From NCBI GenBank assembly GCA_963664825.1, contig OY761614.1, forward strand, positions 1,312,001 through 1,376,000: 64,000 bases of DNA, given 5' to 3'. Origin of the DNA: an uncultured Holophaga sp. (GTDB taxonomy: Bacteria; Acidobacteriota; Holophagae; Holophagales; Holophagaceae). Made by a program: the position numbers and the translations under genes. Position 1 is the first letter of the stretch, and each line of letters opens with the position of its first letter. Below the pieces are notes generated by a model that saw only the letters and a program-made list of their open reading frames with translations, did no database searches and was not told where the DNA came from. Below are positions 38,036-48,548 of this stretch, in pieces.

Positions 38036-39802
38036 ATGACCGAGACCCGATCACGTTTTTTCTGGTGGTGGAAGCTGTTGGCGCCCCATCGGGGAACTCT
38101 CATGGCGGGTCTGGGGGCGACGGTGCTCTGCAGCGTCTCCGCGGCCTGGGTGCCCTACTGGAGCGGCCGGGCCGTCCACGCCCTGGAGCTGACCCAGTAC
38201 GCCAGGTCCCGCAGGCTCCTCCTGGTCATGCTCGCCTTCACGCTGGCGGCGGGTCTGGGCCGCTACCTCATGCGCAACACCCTCATCGGCCTCAGCCGGA
38301 ACATCGAGAAGGAACAGCGGGAGGGGCTCTATGCCTTCCTCCTCTCCAGATCTTTCGCCTTCTTCGAACGCCAGCGGATCGGGGACCTCATGAGCCGCAT
38401 CGGGGATGACGTGGGCTCGGTGCGCATGGCCACCGGCCCCGGACTCATGAGCTTCCTCCAGGCCTTCAGCCTGCTGCCCGTCACCCTGGGCCTCATGTTC
38501 CACGATAGCCCCAGGCTCACCTTCGCCGTCATGGCCCCCTTCGTCCTGCTGGGAGCGAGCTTTTACGGCATCGGCAAGGCCAGTCATCGCGTCCAGCAGA
38601 GGCTCCAGCTGGTGACGTCGGATCTCAACACCTTCAGCCACGAGACCATCTCCGGCGAAAAGGTCGTCCAGGCCTTCGGCCTCGAGGAGCGGCGCATCGA
38701 GGGTTTCCTGGCCCTGAGCCGGAAGCAGGCCAGGCTCAGCATCCAGCAATCGGCCATCTTCAGCGCCTACGGCCCCCTCTCCATGCTCATGGGCGGACTG
38801 GCGGCCCTGGTCCTGGTCTCCTTCGGCGGCGCCCTGGTCCTTCGCCACTCCTTGAGCCTGGGGGATCTGACGGCCTTCACCGGATACCTCGCGGCACTCA
38901 TCTGGCCTGTGATGTCCCTGGGCTGGGCCGCCAATCTCTTCCAGCGGGCCCGGGCGGGACAAGAGCGCATCGATCAGGTGCTGGCCAGCCCCGAGGCGGC
39001 CCTGCCGGAGCCCGGCCTTCCCTTGGCCGCAGAGCACACGTCCGGTCAACCCGTGGGCCTATGCCTGGAAAACCTCAGCCACCGCTTCGAGAGCGGCCGG
39101 GGCCTGGGGCCCTTGAGCCTGAGTGTGCCCTCCGGAGGCAGCCTGGCCATCCTGGGAAGCATCGGCGCGGGCAAGACGATCCTCCTCCAGATCCTGGCGG
39201 GACTGCGGGAGGCCCATTCCGGCACACTGGAGGCGGACGGCCTGCCCCTAGCGCACGAGGGGCTCCGCCGACACTGGGCGGATCTGGGCTGGGTGCCCCA
39301 GGAGGCCTTCCTCTTCTCCACGACCCTGCGCGAAAACCTGGCCATGGGGAGGCCCCAGGCCACCGAGGCAGAAATCTGGGAAGTGGCCCGCACCGTCTGC
39401 CTGGACGATCTCATCCGGCGGCTCCCGGGTGGCCTGGATACGGTCGTCGGCGAGCGGGGCGTCGCCCTCTCCGGGGGGGAGCGCCAGCGCGCCGCCTTGG
39501 CCCGCGCCCTCCTGCGCCATCCCCGGCTGATGCTGCTGGATGACGCGCTATCAGCCGTGGATTCTGAAACGGAAAGCCGCATCCTGGAGAACCTGAAGGC
39601 ATTCCTTGGACACAGCACACTGGTCCTCGCCACCCATCGTGTCTTCGTCGCCGAACTCTGCGACCAGGCCCTGGTCCTGGAGGAAGGCCTGCAGGTCCAA
39701 TACGGAAGCCCGACTGCGCTGGCCGCCCAGGAGGGCACCTTCGCCCGGCTCAAGCGGCTTCAGAGCCTGGAGAAGGAACTGGCCAGGGACCTGGCGAACT
39801 GA
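38036..39802 (+). CDS. ABC exporter, fused TMD + ATPase (MdlA/MsbA-like)
   Basis: IGDLMSR, GSIGAGKT, VPQEAFLFS, LSGGERQR, LLDDALSAVD. Confidence 0.93.
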   Translation: MTETRSRFFWWWKLLAPHRGTLMAGLGATVLCSVSAAWVPYWSGRAVHALELTQYARSRRLLLVMLAFTLAAGLGRYLMRNTLIGLSRNIEKEQREGLYAFLLSRSFAFFERQRIGDLMSRIGDDVGSVRMATGPGLMSFLQAFSLLPVTLGLMFHDSPRLTFAVMAPFVLLGASFYGIGKASHRVQQRLQLVTSDLNTFSHETISGEKVVQAFGLEERRIEGFLALSRKQARLSIQQSAIFSAYGPLSMLMGGLAALVLVSFGGALVLRHSLSLGDLTAFTGYLAALIWPVMSLGWAANLFQRARAGQERIDQVLASPEAALPEPGLPLAAEHTSGQPVGLCLENLSHRFESGRGLGPLSLSVPSGGSLAILGSIGAGKTILLQILAGLREAHSGTLEADGLPLAHEGLRRHWADLGWVPQEAFLFSTTLRENLAMGRPQATEAEIWEVARTVCLDDLIRRLPGGLDTVVGERGVALSGGERQRAALARALLRHPRLMLLDDALSAVDSETESRILENLKAFLGHSTLVLATHRVFVAELCDQALVLEEGLQVQYGSPTALAAQEGTFARLKRLQSLEKELARDLAN

Positions 39803-39897
39803 ACCAATTGGGGCCACCCGCGCCGATTCCGGGGCAGACCGAGGCGCTTTCCCCTTTCCCGGATGGCATGCTTCATCCAGGTCTCCCTGGACGTTCC

Positions 39898-41229
39898 ATG
39901 CGCACCCTGATCCTCGCCTGCCTCCTCTTCCACTCGGCCTTCGGACAGTCCCCGCTGCCCCGAGGTGAAGTGGTCCCCCGTGTGGCCTGCCGGGCCGAGC
40001 CGAACTTCAGCTATGCCCTCTATGTGCCAAGCGGGTACCGGGAGGACCACACGTGGCCCGTGCTCTTCGGGTTCTCCCCCGGGGGCTCCGGGGAAGAACC
40101 CGTGCGCCTCTTCCAGAAGGCCGCCGAGCGCTTCGGATGGATCGTCGCAGGTTCCAACGATGCCCGCAACGGCCCCCTGCGCCCGGCCCTGGAGGCCTCG
40201 GAGGCCCTGTGGAAGGATGTCCAGTCCCGTTTCAAGGTGGATCCCAGGCGGAGCTGCGCCGTGGGTTTCTCGGGAGGGGCCCGCATGGCACTCCGTCTGG
40301 CCCTGAGGCACCCCAAGAGCTTTGCGGGCGTCATATCCTTCGGCGCCTTCGGCACAGGCGATGGCCTGCTCACCGGACTGGGGCACCTTCACTTCTTCCT
40401 TGCCTGCGGACAGGAGGACTTCAACCACTGGGAGCTCCTGGAGGGACGCGAGGAGCTGCTCTCCAGGAAGTGGAAGGCCATGGCGGATCGTTTCGAGGGG
40501 GGGCACCAGTGGCCTCCGGAAGAGATGGCGGCCACCGCCCTGGCCTTCGTCCAGCTGGGAGCGAACCGGGAGGGCCTTTCCCCTGCGGATCCGGCGCTGG
40601 AATCCGAATTCCGCCAAGGGCTGCTGAAAGCCGCGAGGAAATCCGGAGAGACCCTGCTGGGACTGCGCCGCTGGCAGGAACTGGCCCGGATCTTCCCGGA
40701 TGCCCCGGAGGGGCGCGCGGCCCTGCTGGCCGGGGCAGCCGTGGCGGAAGAACTGAGACTGGAGCGGCACTATGGGCAAGCCTCCCGGGAATTGTCCGGG
40801 ATGCCTCGGGACAGGCAGTACCTGGCGGAACTGAAGCACTACATCGGCCTCCTAAAGAAGGCTGCCCCCCCGGAGAAACTCATGCTCCGGCGGCTCCTGG
40901 GAGGCCCGATCCTCGAATACCAGATCGCCCTGGGCGAGGCCCTGGAGAAGAAATCCTGGGAGCGCCTCCTGGCCCTCAGCACGAGCCTTGCGGCCCTGGA
41001 CGAGCGGGTGGGCTGGCCCTCCATCTATGCTGCGGCCGCCCTCGTCCAGCTGGGCAGGCCCGACGAGGCCCTTCCCCACCTGAAGGCTGCCCGGGACCGG
41101 GGCTACCGGAAATCAGAGCGCATCCGGGAGCTGCCGGAGCTGAGGCCGCTCCACGGGCGGGAGGATTTCGAGGCCCTCCTCAGGGAAATGAAGGGGGAGC
41201 CGCCCCGGGAGTTCAGGCCCCTTCCCTGA
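39898..41229 (+). CDS. Secreted alpha/beta-hydrolase with C-terminal TPR-like region
   Basis: Signal peptide, YALYVP, GFSGG nucleophile elbow, G..D, GGH. Confidence 0.75.
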   Translation: MRTLILACLLFHSAFGQSPLPRGEVVPRVACRAEPNFSYALYVPSGYREDHTWPVLFGFSPGGSGEEPVRLFQKAAERFGWIVAGSNDARNGPLRPALEASEALWKDVQSRFKVDPRRSCAVGFSGGARMALRLALRHPKSFAGVISFGAFGTGDGLLTGLGHLHFFLACGQEDFNHWELLEGREELLSRKWKAMADRFEGGHQWPPEEMAATALAFVQLGANREGLSPADPALESEFRQGLLKAARKSGETLLGLRRWQELARIFPDAPEGRAALLAGAAVAEELRLERHYGQASRELSGMPRDRQYLAELKHYIGLLKKAAPPEKLMLRRLLGGPILEYQIALGEALEKKSWERLLALSTSLAALDERVGWPSIYAAAALVQLGRPDEALPHLKAARDRGYRKSERIRELPELRPLHGREDFEALLREMKGEPPREFRPLP

Positions 41230-42874
41230 AGGTCACCTTGTTGATCTCGGCGAAGGTCGTGACGCCCTGCCGCACCTTCTCCAGGGCGCTCTCCCGCAGG
41301 GTCTGCATGCCCAGGCGCCGGGCGACGGCCTTGATATCCCGGGCGGAGGCCCGCTTGATGATCAGCTCCCGCAGCTCGTCGTCCATGCCCATGAATTCGA
41401 TGATGGCCTGCCGACCCCGGAAGCCCGTGCCATTGCAGTCCACGCAACCCACCTTCTCGAACACGGTGGCCCTGGCGGCCCAGGCCGCGTCCACGCCGTT
41501 GTCCTTCAGCTCCTGGGCGCTGGGGGTCGGCACCGGGCGCTTGCACTTGGTGCAGAGGCTGCGCACCAGGCGCTGGGCCAGGATGCAGTTGAGGGCGCTG
41601 ACGAAGTTGTAGACCTCCACCCCCATGTGCTGGAAGCGGCTGATGACGTCCAGGGTGTTATTGGCGTGGACGGTGGTGAAGACGAGATGGCCCGTGAGGG
41701 CCGACTGGATAGCGATCTGGGCGGTCTCATTATCGCGGATTTCCCCCACCAGGATCTTGTCGGGATCGTGGCGCAAAATGCTTCTCAGCCCCACGGCGAA
41801 GGTGAGGCCCTTCTTCTCGTTGACCGGGATCTGGGTGACGCCCTCGAGCTGGTACTCGACGGGGTCCTCGATGGTGATGAGCTTGTCCTCAGAGCTGCGG
41901 ATCTCCGTGAGCACGGCGTAGAGCGTTGTCGTCTTGCCCGATCCCGTGGGGCCCGTCACCAGGAACATGCCGTAGGGCTCCCGGGCGTAGCGCCGGATGC
42001 GGGCCAGCTCCTCAGGGGAGAACCCCAGGATCTCCAGGCTCAGGGTCTTGAACTCCTCGGAGAGGTTCTCCTTATCCAGGATGCGGATGACGGCATCCTC
42101 GCCATGGATGGTGGGCATGATGGAAACGCGGAAATCGATGGCCCGGCCCCGGACTTTCAGCTTGAAGCGCCCGTCCTGGGGCTTGCGCTTCTCGGCGATA
42201 TCGAGCTCGGACATGACCTTGATGCGGCTGATGATGGGCGAGGCGAAGCGCTTGTCGATGGGCTCGGCGGCGGCGTAGAGGCTGCCATCGATGCGGAACT
42301 TGATCTGGAAGCCCCCGGCGGTGGTCTCCATGTGGATATCCGAGGCCCGGCGCTGAAGGGCGTTGAAAATGGTGGTATCCACCAGCCGGATGATGGGCGC
42401 CTCGTCCTTGTCGGTGATGCGCGCCAGATCCAGCACCTCATCGTCCAGGTCCTCTTCCCGAAGCACCTGGACCTTGAGGGCCTCTCCCGCCTCGTCCAGC
42501 ACCTTCTGGCCCGATTCGGAACGCTTGAGCACTTCCTGGATCTGGGCCTGGCGAGCCCCGGCGAAGCGCAGGGGGCGCTTGAGCTGCATCCGCAGCAGAT
42601 CCTGGGTGACCACGTCCAGGGGATCGGCCATGGCCACCCAGAGGACGCCCTCCTTCTCATGCACCGGCACGAAATGGTGGTTGAGCATGAGATCCAGGGG
42701 AATGGCCTGGAAGAGCGCGAAATCCACCGGCTCCTTGGTGAGATCCAGGGTCGGGTAGAGCTGGGGCGGCCGGTAGTCGGTCTTGGAGAGTTCGCCGGGA
42801 TCCAGCACCTGTGTGAGATCGCCCGGCACGGTGGGCTTTTCGGGTTCGGTGGGGGGCGTGTTGGGGGAGGCCAT
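41213..42874 (-). CDS. GspE/PilB-family assembly ATPase
   Basis: ASDIH, LDIAEKRKPQDGR, GPTGSGKTTT, TIEDPVE, LRHDPDKILVGEIRD, TGHLVFTTVH, CxxC..CxxC. Confidence 0.94.
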   Translation of the reverse strand: MASPNTPPTEPEKPTVPGDLTQVLDPGELSKTDYRPPQLYPTLDLTKEPVDFALFQAIPLDLMLNHHFVPVHEKEGVLWVAMADPLDVVTQDLLRMQLKRPLRFAGARQAQIQEVLKRSESGQKVLDEAGEALKVQVLREEDLDDEVLDLARITDKDEAPIIRLVDTTIFNALQRRASDIHMETTAGGFQIKFRIDGSLYAAAEPIDKRFASPIISRIKVMSELDIAEKRKPQDGRFKLKVRGRAIDFRVSIMPTIHGEDAVIRILDKENLSEEFKTLSLEILGFSPEELARIRRYAREPYGMFLVTGPTGSGKTTTLYAVLTEIRSSEDKLITIEDPVEYQLEGVTQIPVNEKKGLTFAVGLRSILRHDPDKILVGEIRDNETAQIAIQSALTGHLVFTTVHANNTLDVISRFQHMGVEVYNFVSALNCILAQRLVRSLCTKCKRPVPTPSAQELKDNGVDAAWAARATVFEKVGCVDCNGTGFRGRQAIIEFMGMDDELRELIIKRASARDIKAVARRLGMQTLRESALEKVRQGVTTFAEINKVTFREGA

Positions 42875-43005
42875 GGCTAATAGTAATGCGTCTTTGAACC
42901 CGAAGGATCCAGAGCCAAGAGGGACCCTCCCTTCGGAATCCACCGTTGACCCCGTGCACCCCCAACGCCCACAATGAAATACCCTAGCGACAGCCCGGAG
43001 GTTCC

Positions 43006-43359
43006 ATGCGTGGGTACGCACCCATCCTGCTCCTGATCCTTGTGGCCGTAGCACTGCCAGTCATCATCTGCAATTTGTCCTGGCTGCTCCGACCCCACTG
43101 GCCCACAGCGGCCAAATATTCAACTTATGAATGCGGTATCACCGCCGTCACCGAGGCCCGGGAGCAGTTCTCGGTGCGGTACTACCTCGTGGCCGTCATG
43201 TTCCTCATCTTCGATGTGGAGACCGTGTTCCTCATGCCCTGGGCCATCCAGATGAAGGAACTGGCCACCTTCGGATTGATCGAGATCGGCATCTTCCTGT
43301 TCCTGCTGCTCTTCGGATACGGCTACATCTGGTCCAAGGGAGCCCTCACATGGGAGTGA
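43006..43359 (+). CDS. nuoA: NADH-quinone oxidoreductase subunit A
   Basis: YECG, FLIFDVE, KGALTWE. Confidence 0.95.
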   Translation: MRGYAPILLLILVAVALPVIICNLSWLLRPHWPTAAKYSTYECGITAVTEAREQFSVRYYLVAVMFLIFDVETVFLMPWAIQMKELATFGLIEIGIFLFLLLFGYGYIWSKGALTWE

Positions 43360-43393
43360 GTCTGATGCAGGAACGGACCCCAGGAGGTGTCGC

Positions 43394-43926
<533 letters not shown>

Positions 43927-43927
<1 letters not shown>

Positions 43928-44787
43928 TGGCGGACGCCAATATCCCCGAGAGCGCCCAGGGTCCCTACGTCTACGACTACAAGACCGCCCCGAACCGCCA
44001 GATCATCCTGCCCCAGACGGTGCCCCTGCCGGGGTTCAAGGCCTACGCCGCCGAGCAGGAGGCCGAGACCCAGGCTGTTGAAGCCAAGTGGCAGAAGCAG
44101 CTCGCGGATTTCGAGGCCGCCAAGCTCCAGGCCGAAGCCGCAGGCAAGGAAGCCCCCAAGGCTCCCCTGAAGGCCGCGCCCAAGCAGGGCGATGGCGACC
44201 TGAAGTTCCCGGCGCCCACCGAGGCTGCCGATCCCGATCTGCTGCGCCTTATGGAACTCCTGGGGGACCGGGTCGAGGAAGCCTTCGAACAGGGCCCCGA
44301 ACACACCTGCCAAGTCGGCAAGGACCACATCCTGGAGGCCCTGCGGCTCTGCCGGGAGGATGCCGCCCTGAAGTTCGAGATGCTGGCCGACGAAACGGCC
44401 ACCCACTATCCCGCGGCCGAGGGCTTCGCCTTCAGCGTGGTCTATCACCTGACGAGCATCTGCCGCCGCAAGCGCCTGCGCCTGCGCATCCTGGTGCCCG
44501 AAGGCTTCGAACCCGAGAGCGCCACCCAGGTCTACCCTTCGGCCAACTGGATGGAGCGCGAGATCTGGGATATGCAGGGCATCCGCTTCGCGCACCACCC
44601 GGACATGACCCGCATCCTCTGTTCCGAGGACTGGGAGGGCCACGCCCTGCGCAAGGATTATCCGGTGGTGGGCTGGGGCCAGCGCGATATCGATTTCCGC
44701 GAGGACCGCAGCGGCATGCTCAACCGCATCGCCCTGGAAAAGGCCGGCCAGCTCGGCATCAACCTCAAGCGCCCCACGGCGGAGTGA
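43927..44787 (+). CDS. nuoC: NADH-quinone oxidoreductase subunit C with N-terminal extension
   Basis: VVYHL, ANWMEREIWDM.GI.F..HPD, GHALRKDYP. Confidence 0.93.
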
Positions 44788-44790
44788 CCG

Positions 44791-45891
44791 ATGTTCAAGA
44801 ACGAGGAGATGGAAATCAACCTGGGCCCGCAGCACCCGTCCACCCATGGCGTGCTCCGGGTCAAGGTGCGGCTCGAGGGCGAGACGGTCAAGTACTGCCG
44901 TCCCATGATCGGCTACCTGCATCGGGGCGTGGAGAAGATCTGCGAGAACAAGACCTTCTTCCAGGGCCAGGTCTGGACCGATCGCATGGACTACACCTCC
45001 GCCATCGCCAATAACCTGGGCTGGGCGGAAGCCAACGAGAAGCTCTTCGGCATCACCGTTCCCCGCCGGGCCCAGTACATCCGCACGCTGCTGGCCGAGT
45101 GCAACCGCATTTCGAGCCACCTGATCTGGCTGGGCACCCACGCCATGGATATCGGCGCGCTGACGGTCTTCCTCTACGCCTTCCGGGAACGCGAAGACAT
45201 CCTCGATATGTTCGAGGCCTACTGCGGCAGCCGCCTCACCACCACGGCCCTCCGCATCGGCGGCCTCCCGGCGGACCTGCCTGCGGGCTTCGAAGCCAAG
45301 GTCCGGAAGTTCCTGGCCAAGTTCCCGGCCTGCCTCGATGAGTACGAAGGCCTCCTCACGGAGAACCGCATCTGGAAGAAGCGCACCCTCGGCGTGGCCA
45401 AGCTCAATGCCGAGGACGCCATCGCCCTGGGCGTGACCGGGCCCCTGCTCCGCGCCGCGGGCGTGCCCTACGATATCCGCAAGGCCTTCCCCTACGCGGC
45501 CTACGCCGAGATGGATTTCGAGATCCCCACCCGCACCGAGGCCGATACCTACGCCCGTTACATGGTGCGCCTGGCGGAGATGCGCCAGAGCGCCCGCATC
45601 ATCCAGCAGTGCCTGGACGGCCTGCCCGAGGGCCCCATCATGGCCAAGATCCCCAAGATCCTGCGCTCCGAGGTCAACGAGGTCTACCACCCCACCGAGG
45701 CCCCCAAGGGCGAGATCGGCTACTACCTGGTGGGGGAGAAGGGTTCCACGACCCCCTACCGCTTCCACGTCCGAGCTCCGGGCTTCGTCAATCTCCAGTC
45801 CCTGCCCAAGATGGCCGAGGGTGGCCTGATCGCCGATATCATCGCGGCCATCGGCACCCTGGACGTGGTGCTCGGCGAGATCGATCGCTGA
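44791..45891 (+). CDS. nuoD: NADH-quinone oxidoreductase subunit D
   Basis: GPQHPSTHGVLR, GYLHRG.EK, DRMDY, EAPKGE, DVVLGEIDR. Confidence 0.97.
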   Translation: MFKNEEMEINLGPQHPSTHGVLRVKVRLEGETVKYCRPMIGYLHRGVEKICENKTFFQGQVWTDRMDYTSAIANNLGWAEANEKLFGITVPRRAQYIRTLLAECNRISSHLIWLGTHAMDIGALTVFLYAFREREDILDMFEAYCGSRLTTTALRIGGLPADLPAGFEAKVRKFLAKFPACLDEYEGLLTENRIWKKRTLGVAKLNAEDAIALGVTGPLLRAAGVPYDIRKAFPYAAYAEMDFEIPTRTEADTYARYMVRLAEMRQSARIIQQCLDGLPEGPIMAKIPKILRSEVNEVYHPTEAPKGEIGYYLVGEKGSTTPYRFHVRAPGFVNLQSLPKMAEGGLIADIIAAIGTLDVVLGEIDR

Positions 45892-45905
45892 AGAGGAACT
45901 GATTC

Positions 45906-47060
45906 ATGCCCACACCGACCCTGACACAGTCCCTCCTGATCGCCCTCATCCAGGCCATCCTGGTGGTGATCTTCATCTTCGTGGTGGTGCCCCTCACCAT
46001 CTTCGCCGAGCGCAAGGTGCTCGGCCATATCCAGGATCGCCTGGGCTCCACCCGCATCGCCGGCCATCTCACGGGCCTGACGGGTTGGATGAACCGCGGC
46101 ATGTGGAAGATGGGCAAGGTGCCCGTGCTCTCCTACTGGCGCGGGCTGCCTGGCCTGGTGGGCGATATCCTCAAGATGCTCCTCAAGGAAGACATCCTCC
46201 CGACGAAATCCGACAAGTTCGTGTTCTGGATCGCACCGGCCCTGAGCTTCGTGGCTTCCGTTGTCGTCTTTGCCGCCATCAGCTTCGTGCCCGGAACCTT
46301 CTTCACCCTGCCGTCCTGGGTGCCCCTCATCGGCGGCCTGCCGGTGACCGGCGCCATCGCCGATATCAACGTGGGCCTGCTCTGGATCCTGGGAGTGGCC
46401 ACCGTCGGCGTCTACGGCATCGTGCTGGCGGGCTGGGCCTCCAATTCCAAATACCCCCTCCTGGGAGGCCTGCGCAGCGGCGCCCAGATCGTGAGCTACG
46501 AAGTGCCCTTGGCCCTCAGTCTCCTGGCGCCGGTGCTGATGTCGGGCAGCCTCCAGTTCAGCGAACTCTCCCGAAGCATGGCGGTGGGCCAGCCCTTCTG
46601 GGCGGTGGTGCCCCAGTTCCTGGGCTTCTTCCTGTACCTCACATGCGGCTTCGCGGAGACGAACCGCCTGCCCTTCGATATGCCCGAGGCCGAAAATGAA
46701 CTGGTGGCGGGCTTCCACACCGAATATTCCGGCATGAAGTTCGGATTCTTCTACCTGGCAGAATACATCAACATGACCGTGGTGGCCGCGCTGGCCTCGG
46801 CCTTCTTCCTGGGGGGGCCCTGGCTCCTGCCCTTCGGCCTCCAGGGCGTCCTGATCCCCTCGACTCTGCCCTTCATCGGCCAACCTCACGCCATCTTTTT
46901 CGTCGCGAAGATCGTATTCCTCCTCTTCACCTACATCTGGGTCCGCGGCACGATTCCCCGCTACCGCTACGACCAGATCATGGCGGTGGCCTGGAAATAC
47001 CTGATCCCGGTGGCCCTCGTCAACCTGCTCCTGGCGGCAGCCGTCCGCTACTGCGCCTAG
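45906..47060 (+). CDS. nuoH: NADH-quinone oxidoreductase subunit H
   Basis: ERKVLGHIQDRLG, GWASNSKY, AETNRLPFDMPEAE.ELVAGFHTEYSG, PRYRYDQ. Confidence 0.97.
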   Translation: MPTPTLTQSLLIALIQAILVVIFIFVVVPLTIFAERKVLGHIQDRLGSTRIAGHLTGLTGWMNRGMWKMGKVPVLSYWRGLPGLVGDILKMLLKEDILPTKSDKFVFWIAPALSFVASVVVFAAISFVPGTFFTLPSWVPLIGGLPVTGAIADINVGLLWILGVATVGVYGIVLAGWASNSKYPLLGGLRSGAQIVSYEVPLALSLLAPVLMSGSLQFSELSRSMAVGQPFWAVVPQFLGFFLYLTCGFAETNRLPFDMPEAENELVAGFHTEYSGMKFGFFYLAEYINMTVVAALASAFFLGGPWLLPFGLQGVLIPSTLPFIGQPHAIFFVAKIVFLLFTYIWVRGTIPRYRYDQIMAVAWKYLIPVALVNLLLAAAVRYCA

Positions 47061-47069
47061 GGGGGAAGC

Positions 47070-47579
47070 ATGAACAAGTTCCTGAAGACACTCATCCCCT
47101 TCGATATTGCCAAGGGCCTGAAGACCACCGGCACGCACTTCGCGAAGGTCTTCTTCACGGCCAATCGCCGGAAGGTGCCCTTCCACGTGGTTTCCGAGTA
47201 CCCGGAGGTGCCCGCCAAGGTGGAGCCCCGCTTCCGCGGGCGCCTCCAGTTGCTGAGGGACGAGGCCGGCGAGGTCAAGTGCGTGTGCTGCATGTCCTGC
47301 GTGAAGATCTGCCCCACCCAGGTGATCACCATCGAGGCCACCAAGAAGGAGGGCCGCAAGGCCAAGCTGCCCGCGCGCTACGACTTCGAGATGGAACGCT
47401 GCATCTTCTGCGGTTTCTGCGTGGAGAGCTGCCCCTTCGACGCCATCATCCTCAACGATCAATTCGAACTGGCCGTCTACGACCGCGAGGAACTGGCCCT
47501 GGGTGTGGACGGGCAGTACCAGAACATGTTCAGCCCCTCCCCGGTGGCCAAGTTCTCCGTTGCAGAACCAGAGGATTGA
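47070..47579 (+). CDS. nuoI: NADH-quinone oxidoreductase subunit I
   Basis: RFRG, two CxxCxxCxxxCP motifs. Confidence 0.95.
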   Translation: MNKFLKTLIPFDIAKGLKTTGTHFAKVFFTANRRKVPFHVVSEYPEVPAKVEPRFRGRLQLLRDEAGEVKCVCCMSCVKICPTQVITIEATKKEGRKAKLPARYDFEMERCIFCGFCVESCPFDAIILNDQFELAVYDREELALGVDGQYQNMFSPSPVAKFSVAEPED

Positions 47580-47589
47580 GGGAAAAACC

Positions 47590-48138
47590 ATGGAACAACT
47601 GCTCTCAAAGCTCGGACAGAACCTCTTCCTGATCTTCGGCCTCATCGCCCTGGTGGGCGCGGGGATCATGATCTTTGCCAAGAACGCCATTCATAGCGTC
47701 ATGGGCTTCCTGCTGGCCATGCTGGCCGTCTCCGGTTGCTACCTCAGCTTCGGCGCCGAATTCCTGGGCGTGGCCCAGCTGCTCGTCTACGCCGGAGGCA
47801 TCGTGGTGCTCTTCCTCTTCGTGGTGATGCTGGTGGAAATGAGCAAGGCCAAGGAGAAGGGAGTCTTCCAACGCCAGACTCCCTTTGCCCTTGTCCTGGT
47901 GCTGGCCGGTGCCGTGGCCTTCGTGGGCGTCTTCTGGAGGACCCTCTTCGGACCCAGTGCGCCGGTATCGCTCACCCTTTCACCGGGACTGGTGGAACAG
48001 GGAGAAAAGCTCGGCAATGCCCAGTTGGTGAGCCGCGGCCTCTTTGCGGAGAATCTCCTGCCCTTCGAGATCCTCTCGGTGATCCTCCTGGTGGCCCTGG
48101 TGGGCGCCGTGGTCTTGGCTAAAACGGAGCGTGTGTGA
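47590..48138 (+). CDS. nuoJ: NADH-quinone oxidoreductase subunit J
   Basis: QLLVYAGGIVVLFLFVVML, PFEILSVILLVALVGAV. Confidence 0.95.
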   Translation: MEQLLSKLGQNLFLIFGLIALVGAGIMIFAKNAIHSVMGFLLAMLAVSGCYLSFGAEFLGVAQLLVYAGGIVVLFLFVVMLVEMSKAKEKGVFQRQTPFALVLVLAGAVAFVGVFWRTLFGPSAPVSLTLSPGLVEQGEKLGNAQLVSRGLFAENLLPFEILSVILLVALVGAVVLAKTERV

Positions 48139-48245
48139 TGCGAAACATCCGATCAGCCACGGGCTCGGATTTCGGACAGGCCTTGCATGTTGAAGTCTCG
48201 TGTATCCGCGCAGCGGATGCCGAGAGAACGGAGCGTGTGTGATGC
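48123..48245. repeat. 19-bp direct repeat (48123-48141, 48227-48245) flanking an 85-bp hairpin-rich insert between nuoJ and nuoK
   Basis: AACGGAGCGTGTGTGATGC occurs twice, exact. Confidence 0.9.
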
Positions 48246-48544
48246 CGGCGATGAACCAGGTTCTCCTCATCTCCTTCCTGCTCTTCTCGGTGGGTGTCGC
48301 CGGTGTGCTCATCCGGCGCAACGCGCTGATCATCCTCATGTGCGCCGAGCTCATGCTCAACGCCGCCAACATCAACCTCATCGCCTTCGCCCGTCACAGC
48401 GGCACCGTCGCCGGACAGGCCTTCGCGCTGATGGTGATGGGGCTGGCCGCGGCGGAAGTGGCCATCGGACTTGCCATCGTGGTCGCCCTCTACCGCAGGA
48501 AGAACACCATCGCCGTCGACGAGATCAATCTACTAAAGGGCTGA
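48242..48544 (+). CDS. nuoK: NADH-quinone oxidoreductase subunit K
   Basis: RRN, ELMLNAANIN, AAAEVAIGLA. Confidence 0.96.
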   Translation: MPAMNQVLLISFLLFSVGVAGVLIRRNALIILMCAELMLNAANINLIAFARHSGTVAGQAFALMVMGLAAAEVAIGLAIVVALYRRKNTIAVDEINLLKG

Positions 48545-48548
48545 AACA

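Noticed and set aside
44791..45891. Group 4 NiFe-hydrogenase large subunit
   Set aside because: No CxxC metal ligands; ends in complex I-type GEIDR
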